A stretch of 64,000 bases of DNA, taken from NCBI GenBank assembly GCA_964473825.1, contig CAYYQL010000004.1, forward strand, positions 1 through 64,000, written 5' to 3'. Below, piece after piece: positions 48,980-58,561 of the stretch. The notes below the pieces were generated by a model, which was not told where the DNA came from, made no database searches, and saw only the letters and a program-made list of their open reading frames with translations. Both the position numbers and the translations under genes were made by a program. Source of the DNA: an uncultured archaeon (GTDB taxonomy: Archaea; Asgardarchaeota; Thorarchaeia; Thorarchaeales; Thorarchaeaceae). Every line of letters begins with the position of its first letter. Position 1 is the first letter of the stretch.

Positions 48980-49423
48980 ATGAACGCTCACGATGAAGAC
49001 CTTGACCTGCATAGGACCACCCTGCAGGTCTATCGTTGGCTCATCACACAGAGCGAGGGTAGGACCCGTCGCGAGGTGAGAGACGGGGCGCAACTGTCTA
49101 GCGTCAGCCTCGCATCGTATCACCTAAAGAAGCTGGAGTCTCTAGGGCTTGTGACTGAGAATCAGCTTGGCCGCTATTCGGTTGTACGACTGATGCCTCT
49201 GGGAGAGCTCAGGTTTTACCTTCTTCTGGGCAACAGGCTCGTACCGCGTTTCGTCTTGTACTTCTCTTTCTACGGCACCTTTCTCTTGCTCTACTTGTTG
49301 TTCATGATGCCATATGTCCCCATCGACTTTACAGCTCTGATGGCTGTCCTAGCACTATTTGGAGTTATCACCTCCGCAATTGAGATATACATACTCCTCA
49401 GGTCGAAGGTCGGTGGAATATGA
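48980..49423 (+). CDS. Membrane-tethered winged-helix transcription regulator
   Basis: TTLQVY...REV...LSSVSLASYHLKKLESLGLV HTH followed by two TM helices. Confidence 0.8.
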   Translation: MNAHDEDLDLHRTTLQVYRWLITQSEGRTRREVRDGAQLSSVSLASYHLKKLESLGLVTENQLGRYSVVRLMPLGELRFYLLLGNRLVPRFVLYFSFYGTFLLLYLLFMMPYVPIDFTALMAVLALFGVITSAIEIYILLRSKVGGI

Positions 49424-49437
49424 GGGGTGAGAATCTC

Positions 49438-50170
49438 GGCTCTGTTACGAAACTGATGTAATACTCGGATAGAAGGAGGGGGGTGGGACTAACCCTGATC
49501 AACCATGACCCTGTCCTACGACCAGGCCTATGATATGGCAGTCATCCACCACTATGACGTTGTTCCCTCCCTCCTTATGTGCCTTTGTACTACCCTGTCT
49601 CTTCCAGCGAACCACACCGGCCGTCCTCGGGTCTATCCCCTCTCCGCTCTCATTGTCCTGCTGGCACTCATGGGTCACTCTGGCATGACCTATCGAGAGT
49701 TCTGTGCTCTTACCAACAGAGATGAGCAGCTGCTCGCTCAACTGAACATCCCTCGTGCGCCCCACTACTCCACGCTCAATCGCGCCATGGACAGAGTCCC
49801 TCCTGAAGTCCTTCACCGTATGGTCAGCCTGATCGCATCCACGCACCCTCCTCCTCGAAGAGTGGCAGTGGACTCCACCGGGATGAGTCACACCACCGGA
49901 GGCGAGTGGTTCTCTGTGAGGTGCCAGGAGGCCCGTAGAAGGCGTTTTCACGGCCTCCACGCAGCTGTTGATGTTGACACCCTGATGGTGGCCTCGGTCA
50001 TGGTGAGAGAGCGACCTGGAGGAGATGCAACGATGCTGGTCCCCCTGCTCAAGGGGATGTGGACAGATGCCCTTCAAGTGGTGTACGGTGACAAGGCGTA
50101 CCTGTCGAGGAGCAATGTGACCTACATTCACAGGCTGGGAGCACGAGCTGTGCTGGAACCGAAGAGGGGG
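49438..50170 (+). mobile_element. Truncated IS5-family insertion sequence
   Basis: Putative left end GGCTCTGTTACGAAACT at 49438; transposase 49505-~50170; no right end found. Confidence 0.75.
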
Positions 50171-50203
50171 ATTACAGTAGCGCATCAATCCATGAATGTA
50201 TGA
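49505..50203 (+). pseudogene. IS5-family DDE transposase, C-terminally truncated
   Basis: PHYSTL, VDSTG, LHAAVD and GDKAY motifs; the region carrying the third catalytic Glu is missing after EPKRG. Confidence 0.8.
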
Positions 50204-50661
50204 CAACTTCGCATCTATATGACTTCCACGAATTTGCGACTCAGAGATTCATCCGTATGGAGCCGCCAGTGCCGTACACAGCTGATGTGCTGTGGAAAAC
50301 TGTTCTGTTACCACTGTATGGAAGACTGGGTGAGTATGAACTAAGAACTGAGTTGAACTACGCGGACATTATAGATGAGGCGAAGACCCAAGTTCGCAGC
50401 TGGGTGACAGACAGCGAGCATTTGGTCAGAGGATTTGTGAACAGCGCTCTGAGTTTTCTCAATGACATAGGATGGGCGGAATACTTCGGTCCAGAGAAGC
50501 CGGTTGTGTTCTATCCAAACAAGGGGATAGGACAGGGAGATCTCAAGGAGTTATTCTGTGAGAAATGGTACAATTCAAAGACTAAACAAAGAAGACCCAT
50601 TTCGTCAAAGAAAGAAGTAGACTATCTACAGCTTACATTTGACACGGATGAGGGTGGATGA
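50170..50661 (+). pseudogene. C-terminal fragment of an unknown gene joined to the IS
   Basis: The frame is open upstream of ATG 50200 back to the IS junction; composition shifts to AT-richer sequence. Confidence 0.5.
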
Positions 50662-50744
50662 AGCCATATGGGTTATGTCATCGGTTGATAGAACAATCAA
50701 ATATGGATGGGTAACGATAGCTGAAGCCGAACTCATGGTTTTCC

Positions 50745-51101
50745 TTGTTCACCACCGATGAAGGAATCCTCCTCGGAGAAGATCTGTCAAAGCCACACGC
50801 CTTTGTCGTCAAAGGAAGCCTCTTCTCCATTCCCTTGCGGGAATTCACTGAGCGAGCGAGGAAGATGATCAGCAGTGGCGAACTACGCACTATGATTCCT
50901 GCGGAGCAACTAGATAGCCAAGACGAGAGAATGCTTGATTGTCTGGAGATGTTCCTATTTTCAGAAGGGAATCAGGAAACGGAATCGGGGATGGAATCTC
51001 TTTTCGGAAAGGAGGACGTTCCACAGTTCCTGCAGAGGCACCCGATATTGTCCGTTTCCATCGAGAGAATCAGACTTGGAAGGCACGCCAAGACAAACTA
51101 G
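50745..51101 (+). pseudogene. Hypothetical protein fragment
   Basis: 118-aa ORF with no clear start; its 3' end runs into the next, GC-richer segment. Confidence 0.35.
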
Positions 51102-52303
51102 CGGTTCTGCAGGAATATGAAGGGGAGGATGTAGATACACTGCTGAAGAGATACGCCAACAATCTCAGCCTGCACACCGTACCGGCTCTGGCTGTGATGG
51201 TGTACAGACAGGACCCCACTATCAGGATGGACACCCTCAGTAGGCTCAGGAACCTCCTGTTTGCAGACAGCATGTACCTCAAGATGGAGTATGACTACGA
51301 CTACCTCGATACTTATAATGAGATCACCATCGACCTTGAGCAGGAGGGCGAGCGACTCAAGCCCTACATGTTGGCCCTGGGCGTGGGAATGATGGCGTCA
51401 ACCCCTCTGAACCCTGCAATGGCCGTCTGGGGCTTCGACATAATTTCCCAGACCCTTTGGAGCACGTCGGTCTGGGATACGGCAGCCCATGGAGTCATGC
51501 GCTTTGCCAACTGGCTCACACAAGGCAGGGCCTTCGACGAGCACTACATCGGCAACTTCAGCCTGTTCCACATCACCCACGACGAGGGCCTGAACCTGTT
51601 CCTGCAGGAGGCCCTGTCAGAGGTCCTCTCGTTCGGTATCAGCGCTGCGGCGCGGTATGTGGGCCACAGTGTCAAGGCACGGTGGTTTGGTATCGTGGAC
51701 GACGCCATGGACTCCTCCGGAAGTAGATGGTCGAGGATCCTGGGGAAGGGTCTTGCAGGAGACCTCTACAATGTCCTGACCAGTGACACCCCATGGTATC
51801 GAAAGGCCCTATGTGCGGCATGGGCCCTGACCAAGGAGTACGTCGAGCTGGTGGGGGAGGTGGTGTTCGAGATGTCCTTCGACAACATGCTGCGCCTGGA
51901 CCCGTCCGAGCGGCCACTGGGCGGGGGCGAGATGTTCCTCACCCTCATGACCCTGTACACCGTGACTCGCGCGGGCATCGATGGTCGCTTCGAGCCGGGC
52001 TCTCTTGACACGCCCGACCTGACCGCCGGGAAGAGGGCCCTGGATGTGTTCAGCAAGGGGCTGCTGGTGGGCCAGATGTTCGGCATGACGCCGGTCCTGC
52101 TTGCCAACTCACCGCAGCTGGGTATTCCGACCATGCTGTTTGTGACGGGCGTGGGCCTTATCCCTGTACCCACCCTATCGGGGATCGACATCCGGACAGA
52201 TTTCAGGGTGCTCTACCACGGCCTCGGAGGGACGATCTTACTGCCGATGTACTATCTCGATGACATCTTATTCACCGGGAGCCCCATATTCGTTGGAGGA
52301 TGA
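50939..52303 (+). CDS. Hypothetical hydrophobic helical protein, probably the C-terminal part of a larger gene (genuine from ~51080)
   Basis: Long GC3-rich frame; the listed N-terminal ~45 aa overlap another ORF and look non-coding. Confidence 0.55.
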   Translation: MSGDVPIFRRESGNGIGDGISFRKGGRSTVPAEAPDIVRFHRENQTWKARQDKLAVLQEYEGEDVDTLLKRYANNLSLHTVPALAVMVYRQDPTIRMDTLSRLRNLLFADSMYLKMEYDYDYLDTYNEITIDLEQEGERLKPYMLALGVGMMASTPLNPAMAVWGFDIISQTLWSTSVWDTAAHGVMRFANWLTQGRAFDEHYIGNFSLFHITHDEGLNLFLQEALSEVLSFGISAAARYVGHSVKARWFGIVDDAMDSSGSRWSRILGKGLAGDLYNVLTSDTPWYRKALCAAWALTKEYVELVGEVVFEMSFDNMLRLDPSERPLGGGEMFLTLMTLYTVTRAGIDGRFEPGSLDTPDLTAGKRALDVFSKGLLVGQMFGMTPVLLANSPQLGIPTMLFVTGVGLIPVPTLSGIDIRTDFRVLYHGLGGTILLPMYYLDDILFTGSPIFVGG

Positions 52304-52376
52304 GGGCCGTGTACTCAGGTCCATGTCCAGCTGAGCTTATATCTTCCTGCGAGAGACTAGGGTATGTGGTGATACG

Positions 52377-53120
52377 ATGAGGCCCGTGTCCAGGAAGCAT
52401 GCTGCACTGGTTGTCATGGTCATCGTGGTGATTGGAGCGGGGTCATTCTGTTTGTACGAGTCGAACCGCACCACTTTCCACTTCGAGGAGGAGTACTACG
52501 GGGGCAGACCGGCCCGTATCTTCATGTACATCAGGAGTCTTAAGGATGCCAACGTCACCATCTCCTTCGTGAACAACACCTCCTTGATGTGCCGGGTGGA
52601 TGTCGAGCTCTACGACCCGCAATCGGGATCAGTCAGGTTTGTGCGAGAGGTGGGGAATCAGGTGAACCTGGAGTTCACAGGGCGGCAGAGGCGTGTTGAC
52701 ATTGTTCTCGGAACCGCCGTACAGTACGACCTTCTCATCCATCTGGGAGAGAACCTGAACACTACCGTCTGGTTCGGCAACGGTGCAGTGCTGAACAACA
52801 CATCTCTTGAGGCATACCAGACAGGTATCATCAGGATTGCTGTGGACGAGAACGACGGGCTCACCACTCATGGCTCACTGAGTATGGGCGGAGGCATTCC
52901 ACGGTTGGCTGAGGGTCCCCTTCATGTCCTGTTGGACATAGACCTTCCAGAGGGCTACGGGGGCAGACTGACCACCTACGGCGCTCCCATCTCCTTCGTG
53001 GAGCGGGTGGGCTGGGGGTTCTATGGCAACGGGGTCTTTGCCACAGCAGCCACCGTGGAGCATCCCAGGGTGACTGTTGGATTCAGTTGCACCTCCATCA
53101 TCGCCCGCCTCATTGACTGA
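52377..53120 (+). CDS. Signal-anchored extracellular beta-rich protein
   Basis: N-terminal TM helix, beta-strand pattern and several NxS/T sequons. Confidence 0.75.
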   Translation: MRPVSRKHAALVVMVIVVIGAGSFCLYESNRTTFHFEEEYYGGRPARIFMYIRSLKDANVTISFVNNTSLMCRVDVELYDPQSGSVRFVREVGNQVNLEFTGRQRRVDIVLGTAVQYDLLIHLGENLNTTVWFGNGAVLNNTSLEAYQTGIIRIAVDENDGLTTHGSLSMGGGIPRLAEGPLHVLLDIDLPEGYGGRLTTYGAPISFVERVGWGFYGNGVFATAATVEHPRVTVGFSCTSIIARLID

Positions 53121-53182
53121 TTACCTAAGCGACCCTCATCGAGTACATACGGGCATGGATTGCCGACACGACACAAGACAGC

Positions 53183-53577
53183 ATGAGGCATGTATCGTTA
53201 CTCAAGAAGCACGGTTTCAGCCCGACTGACACACAGCGGGCGGTATCCCGCATCGCCCACTTGGAAGATGTGACGGAGAGGGGCGACTTTGCCGTCTTTC
53301 TCCATCAGGAACACGTTATCGCACAGCACAGGGACAAGTGGTTCTCGACGCGTCCGGACGACCCCCGCAGGCCCTTCCTGAACCTGAACTACGCCATGAA
53401 TCAAAAGAACATATCGCGCCTTGTCCGCCGAAACAGGTCATTGACTTCCTGAAGCACTGGAATGGCTGGACCTGCATGAAGTGTGAGAGGCTGTTTCCTA
53501 TCAGTGAGAGCGAACAGGTGATGACAGCAGACTTCAGGAACGTGATTGTTGTACATCTCCCCGGGGACTATGGGTAA
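53183..53577 (+). pseudogene. Frameshifted hypothetical gene (CxxC-containing)
   Basis: Two overlapping + frames (53183-53452 and ~53420-53577) that read as one broken gene. Confidence 0.4.
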
Positions 53578-53945
53578 TTTCTTTCCGGCTCGCTCCACGG
53601 AAACCTATCTTGTGCTGGGTCAGATTGCAGACCAAAGGGTACTGAGTTGTGCAAGGAGTTCGTCTGGATTGCGGTTTCTCAGTGTGCTGTCCCACAAGAG
53701 AAGACGGGGGACTGCCCTTGAGGAGTGGGCATACAAAATCTCAAGAATAGGAGAGGTCTATGCGCTTGAATGAGTGACCCCGCGTCAGGTTATGGAATTT
53801 GCGGTACAGTAGAATAAACTTGGAATGCCCTCCAAAGACAGACCCTAGAAACTGATTGTATTCCAAAAAAAGCAATAATCGAAAACATTGACTAAAAATC
53901 GAATACATGATTATATGGGCAGTCGTTCGAAAAATCGGGACATAA

Positions 53946-54026
53946 CACAAAGGTTTAAGTTTCAGATATGCGATACTAATTAGACGCGACTCAACTTAGT
54001 CTGAGAAAGGCGCGGATTCTGGGGTG
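53946..54026 (+). promoter_or_regulatory. Promoter/RBS of the E2F-like gene
   Basis: Purine-rich BRE-like sequence plus TTTAAG (53954-53959); GGGGTG ribosome-binding site at 54021-54026 before GTG 54032. Confidence 0.5.
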
Positions 54027-54031
54027 CAACC

Positions 54032-54583
54032 GTGAAGCTGATCACTCTCGCCCGGGAGGCAGTTAGGATACTGAAGGAGAGTGGGGATGATGGTATTCGT
54101 AGCGACGAGGTCGCTGAATTTCTTGATGTCCCCAAGAGACGAATCTATGATGTTGTGGCTGTGCTAAGAGCATTGGAAACGGTCTCAACGACACGCAAGT
54201 TCGATGGTACGACTATCACATGGATTGATCGTTTCGAAGACTACATTCCTCGAAGTGAATATGATGCTGTTCGAAAGCAGCTGGATGAGGTCCTTGCTGC
54301 GAAACGAGAACTTCAAGTTCAGGTTGCCGAACAGAAACAACAACTCAGAAACATACGTGGCAGATTCAAGCATGATGGGGTGCCTGTCGAGAAGACCGAC
54401 AAGACCCAGTTCAATACCACTCAGCTCCGTGTGCGATGCCACTCGGGAACTGGTTTCAAGAGAGTGGTGGATTCAGGGGTGGAAGTACTCATTGAGACTG
54501 AGCAACCCGGCATGACTGTGGATCCGACTGAAACGGAATATGATGACAGTCGTGAGATACTGAGAAGCATACAGAAGATGTGA
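54032..54583 (+). CDS. E2F/DP-like winged-helix transcription factor with coiled coil
   Basis: KRRIYDVVAVL (RRxYD recognition helix), wing ending in ITW, a heptad coiled coil, then a beta-rich segment. Confidence 0.8.
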   Translation: MKLITLAREAVRILKESGDDGIRSDEVAEFLDVPKRRIYDVVAVLRALETVSTTRKFDGTTITWIDRFEDYIPRSEYDAVRKQLDEVLAAKRELQVQVAEQKQQLRNIRGRFKHDGVPVEKTDKTQFNTTQLRVRCHSGTGFKRVVDSGVEVLIETEQPGMTVDPTETEYDDSREILRSIQKM

Positions 54584-54961
54584 CTACCGCAATCTGATTG
54601 TGACTTGGCTTCCCCGTCGAACACTCTCCAGCTCATCTAGCAGACTGTCGGGGGATTTTACACTTCCAAGTAAGTTGACGGGGCTGAATGTCTTCATGTC
54701 CCTCACATAAATACAGAGCGAGTCCCCGAGGGGCATATATGCTACCTGTTCTCTCTTGACTTCCTTCGTGGCCTTTACATTACCTTTGCCGATTCCGAGA
54801 GTGATTTTCATCTCGCCCTTGATGAAGGCTGCCTTTCCTTGAATGGGCATTTTCGCTTTCATCTCTTCGACAATCAGGGGACCAAGAACTCTGTCGAGTA
54901 CTACGTCGAGCTTAAGCCCCCCTTCAAACTCGAGTACGATATTCACATCACTCTCGCTCAT
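54584..54961 (-). CDS. Cyclophilin-like fold protein (TM1367/DUF369-like)
   Basis: VAYMPLGDSLCIY...SPVNLLGSV pattern. Confidence 0.75.
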   Translation of the reverse strand: MSESDVNIVLEFEGGLKLDVVLDRVLGPLIVEEMKAKMPIQGKAAFIKGEMKITLGIGKGNVKATKEVKREQVAYMPLGDSLCIYVRDMKTFSPVNLLGSVKSPDSLLDELESVRRGSQVTIRLR

Positions 54962-55039
54962 GATTCCACCAAAGGTGATACCAGGAATCCGCTATTAAAA
55001 CTCTCCCCATTCTCTTCTGAAAATGCTTAATTGGTGCTC

Positions 55040-56197
55040 ATGGAGTATACTAGTAGGAGTGATTCGAGGCTGCCACTAACACGTCTAGAAGTTGCATTTG
55101 TTGTTGACACGACCGGGTCCATGAAAGACGACATCAACGCGGTGCGCGACAGTCTGTTCGACATCGTCGATGACATCGTCAAGAAGACTTCGGAACTGGA
55201 GATTCGCTTTGCCGTAGTATCGTACAGGGATCATCCTCCTGAGGATAGGACCTATGTGACTGATGTCTTCGATTTCACTGACAATGTGAAGGACATTCAC
55301 CGCCGTATAGGCCGACTGAATCCGTCCGAGGGAGGCGACACTCCCGAAGCTGTTGCCGATGGCCTCGCCGATGCGAGAAGACGGCTTAGCTGGTCGCGTG
55401 ACGCCTACAAGATCTTGCTGTTGGTCGGTGATGCCCCCCCTCACGGAAGAAATTACAATACTCTAGGGGACGACCATTGGCCGGATGGTTGTCCTGAAGG
55501 CTTGGATCCAAGGGATGAGGTCAGAAAGATGAAGCGTGAGCACGGAACGAGTTTCTTCCTGTTTGCCTGTGGATGCAATCCGTTGGTTGAAGACTCATTC
55601 AGATCTATAGCCGAATCCATTAAGGGTGGGAAATACTACTCTCTGGTGGAGGCTCACCAACTGCCCATAGCTATCCTTGAGATTCTAGAGGGTGTGAGTG
55701 ATCTTATCGAGGGCGATAGACGAGTACTTGACATCTACAGAGCTAATGATGGTTCCTTTGATATCGCTGAGGCGGCCGCCCAACTCGGAATGGAACTGAG
55801 AGAGATGAAGACCTCATTGTCGCGTCTGCTGGAACTGGGTAAGATCTCACGGTGGCCAAGAGGTCGTCCTTTGAGTCATGATCGCCTTGGAGTTGAGGTG
55901 GTCCTTGGAGATATTCCTTCGGCCATTCTTCCAGGAAGGGCCTTCAATTACGAGATCCGTGCGAAGAATCCTAGCAGAACCACCGTGGGGATACGAATAG
56001 TCATATCTCTGGTTACCTCCGAAGGTGTCTCTGAGGTCACAAATGAGAACCATGACATTGCACCGCGAAGTGACAGGATTCTCAAGCTGCGCTTGACCCC
56101 CATGGTGGACGTCCCTGGAAAGGCGACAATCGGTGTTGAAGTTCTTCATGGCTCTATGTCAATAGAAACAGCAACATATCCTGTAAGGATTCACTGA
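55040..56197 (+). CDS. vWA domain + winged helix + Ig-like domain protein
   Basis: MIDAS DTTGS, YRDH, GGDTPEAV and GDAPPHG; HTH DGSFDIAEAAAQLG...LSRLLELGKI; beta-sandwich tail. Confidence 0.85.
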   Translation: MEYTSRSDSRLPLTRLEVAFVVDTTGSMKDDINAVRDSLFDIVDDIVKKTSELEIRFAVVSYRDHPPEDRTYVTDVFDFTDNVKDIHRRIGRLNPSEGGDTPEAVADGLADARRRLSWSRDAYKILLLVGDAPPHGRNYNTLGDDHWPDGCPEGLDPRDEVRKMKREHGTSFFLFACGCNPLVEDSFRSIAESIKGGKYYSLVEAHQLPIAILEILEGVSDLIEGDRRVLDIYRANDGSFDIAEAAAQLGMELREMKTSLSRLLELGKISRWPRGRPLSHDRLGVEVVLGDIPSAILPGRAFNYEIRAKNPSRTTVGIRIVISLVTSEGVSEVTNENHDIAPRSDRILKLRLTPMVDVPGKATIGVEVLHGSMSIETATYPVRIH

Positions 56198-56199
56198 GG

Positions 56200-57369
56200 G
56201 TGGGAGAACTGGAGATGCAGGCAATCCGAGGGAAGGACCAAAGAGGAATATCATTTGTCAGGCCAGAAGACTGGCTGTCAGATGATAAGGTCGCCAGTAT
56301 CTCCTGTCAAGGTCGCACCGTCTACACCGACATCAGAACGGCCCAGGCAGTACCCTTAGGCCATATCGTGATTGACTCCAAGTTATATGACAGCCTCTCG
56401 TGTTCAGGCAAAGATGGAGTCGAGGTCATCCCAGAGAGTATAGCGCCATCGGTCTGCAAGACTCTCACGATTGAAGTTCAGTCTCTTGCTGGAATAGGCA
56501 GCCGCAGGGTCAAAGAGGCAGTTTCCGAACGAATCCGCGACTTCGGTCCACATCTTGATGACCTCCTAGTCACAGAGGGTCAACAACTCAATCTACAGTC
56601 ACTCAATCTTCGTCTCACAGTTCTGGGTCTCTCCCTGTTTGATTCGCGCGGCACGATTGGACGAATCAGATGGCCTCGCTTGGAAAAGATTGAACTAGTT
56701 GGGGGCGAGACTCCCGATATGTGCGCATTTGTGATTCTGGTTGAAATGTCGCGCATCAGAGGTCTCCAGGATGAGGATGATGCTGCACAGTCTGGTGCGT
56801 GGGCCTCCACTCCGTTCTCTGAGATCTTGATACGTCTTCTTGCAGGTCTGAGAGCATTCTCTGCATCAAATCCAACCAACGTCGTTGTGTCAGTGATTGC
56901 ATATTCTTCTCAGACAGATATCTTCTTGACATACGAGCCGGATTCTGGACAGAAACGAAAATGGTCCGAGATTGATATGGAAGGTTATCTTGAAGCCCTG
57001 CAGAACTGGCTTGCAGACCAAAAGGGCATTCATGATTCGCAGCCTTCTGATCCAGGACTGGCACTGCAGACAGGTTTTGCCGTCGTAGATGAGATGAGAG
57101 ATGATGGTCTGTACCCCGTCTGTATCGCGCTGCTCTCAACAGGTCGGTATTCGATAGGACAGAATCCTGTTTCTGTGGTGCGTCGACAACCCGGTAATAT
57201 CACCACGTTTTCGCTCGGGCTTGAATCTGCATCTGATGAAGATATGCTCAAGGCGATTTCAGAAGCTGGACGGGGGAGAGCAATCATGATGTCTAGGATA
57301 ACTGACATGCAATTGATGGTTGAGGACATGATTCAGATGATGGGGCGTGAGGTGGCTGCAGATGACTGA
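56200..57369 (+). CDS. CDC48-N-like + degenerate vWA protein
   Basis: Aligns by eye with 63136-64000. vWA elements VSVIAYS, DPGLAL, LLSTG, SLGL and LKAISEAGRG are present; the MIDAS is lost. Confidence 0.7.
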   Translation: MGELEMQAIRGKDQRGISFVRPEDWLSDDKVASISCQGRTVYTDIRTAQAVPLGHIVIDSKLYDSLSCSGKDGVEVIPESIAPSVCKTLTIEVQSLAGIGSRRVKEAVSERIRDFGPHLDDLLVTEGQQLNLQSLNLRLTVLGLSLFDSRGTIGRIRWPRLEKIELVGGETPDMCAFVILVEMSRIRGLQDEDDAAQSGAWASTPFSEILIRLLAGLRAFSASNPTNVVVSVIAYSSQTDIFLTYEPDSGQKRKWSEIDMEGYLEALQNWLADQKGIHDSQPSDPGLALQTGFAVVDEMRDDGLYPVCIALLSTGRYSIGQNPVSVVRRQPGNITTFSLGLESASDEDMLKAISEAGRGRAIMMSRITDMQLMVEDMIQMMGREVAADD

Positions 57370-58561
57370 AGAATTCATAGAACTGCTTCAGACCATGCAG
57401 TCCAATGGCACACTTGAAGGGTTCCTCTGCTCCCAGATTCCAAGCGGCAGACTATCCTCTGGATGGATTGAGAACGGTCTTTTGTTCACGAGTATGGAGA
57501 CTTCACTTCGTTCAGAAGCAGTCACAACCACGTACATGATTCCAGCAGACCGATTTGTACGGTTCTTCAAGCAGCTGGATTCCTCGGCCAAATCGAGCAT
57601 ATGCTTCAGCATCACGGGCCCGGCCGGTCTTCGAGAGGAGAAATCGCTCGTGTTGGTTGGCGAGGTATGTCAATCAGGATCCCCCCAAGTTCTGGCAGCC
57701 AGATTCTCTTCGTCGACTGCCACAGAGATATGTCAATTCATTGCTTCTCAACTGCTGCGCATACCATCGGATGAGGATCACTGTGAGCCTTGTTTAGATT
57801 ATCTGGAAGAACTCAGAGAGTTGGTGTTGAGCGAGGAGACCAGTGCGGCCTTGTGCCTGAGCATCCCCAAAGCAACCACACTCGTAAGAGAGGTATTCTC
57901 GCAGGATTCTGATCAAGAGTCCATTGAAGGGATTCTACTGCGTTTGGGTCAGATATCTCAGCTTCAATCGTTTGCAACCAAGGCTGTCACTTGGCTTGAC
58001 CGAACAAAGAAGTTCCAGGGCCAATCGAGCGAGGCGGCAGCAATTGTGTTACGAACGTCTCACCGACTCCTCCTCTGTCTGTGGGACGGACCAAGAGGCG
58101 TAGTCTCTTTCGCTGACATGACAGGTATGTCTCTTGAGAAAATGTCAGTTTCGTTGCTCCTTCCCCTTTGGATTGTTAAAGGTGAGACGATGGATCTTCA
58201 GGACTATGCCCCTCGTGTTCTCATTGATAAAGAAAATGAGGGCATCAAATCTGGGGAAAGGGATGCGACCCCTATACGGCGCGTCGAGAGTTTCGAAACC
58301 ATATCTCAAGAACTTGCTGCCTTAGAAAGTCGTTTGAACAGTGTTTCCCTTAGAGACCTCAGCAAGAGAGTGATGGATTTGGAGGATCGGTTTGATAGTA
58401 TCAAAAGGTTTACACAGAATGCTTCGTCTGATGAGAAGCGAATCAGTGCTGCTTATTCGAATATCGATGACCTTATATCTCGTCTGGAAAAAATATCTGG
58501 GCGGCTTGATAAGATAGCAGACGACCTCGAGATAGTCAGCGATCGACTGAAGGAGGAATGA
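57362..58561 (+). CDS. Hypothetical protein with C-terminal coiled coil
   Basis: GAGGTG ribosome-binding site; overlaps the previous stop; heptads in the last ~90 aa. Confidence 0.75.
   Translation: MTEEFIELLQTMQSNGTLEGFLCSQIPSGRLSSGWIENGLLFTSMETSLRSEAVTTTYMIPADRFVRFFKQLDSSAKSSICFSITGPAGLREEKSLVLVGEVCQSGSPQVLAARFSSSTATEICQFIASQLLRIPSDEDHCEPCLDYLEELRELVLSEETSAALCLSIPKATTLVREVFSQDSDQESIEGILLRLGQISQLQSFATKAVTWLDRTKKFQGQSSEAAAIVLRTSHRLLLCLWDGPRGVVSFADMTGMSLEKMSVSLLLPLWIVKGETMDLQDYAPRVLIDKENEGIKSGERDATPIRRVESFETISQELAALESRLNSVSLRDLSKRVMDLEDRFDSIKRFTQNASSDEKRISAAYSNIDDLISRLEKISGRLDKIADDLEIVSDRLKEE

Larger units (their letters stand above)
45045..53760. mobile_element. Decayed accessory island (virus/plasmid-like remnants, pseudogenes, IS fragment)
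   Basis: Abrupt loss of gene density, stops and frameshifts, visibly GC-richer tracts and an IS5 fragment. Boundaries are approximate; no integrase or att site was seen. Confidence 0.6.

Noticed and set aside
49499-50206. 235-aa minus-strand ORF
   Set aside because: It is antisense to the IS5 transposase.
45045-53760. Intact provirus or defence system
   Set aside because: No integrase, capsid, terminase, att repeats or complete defence gene was recognised; the region is mostly fragments.
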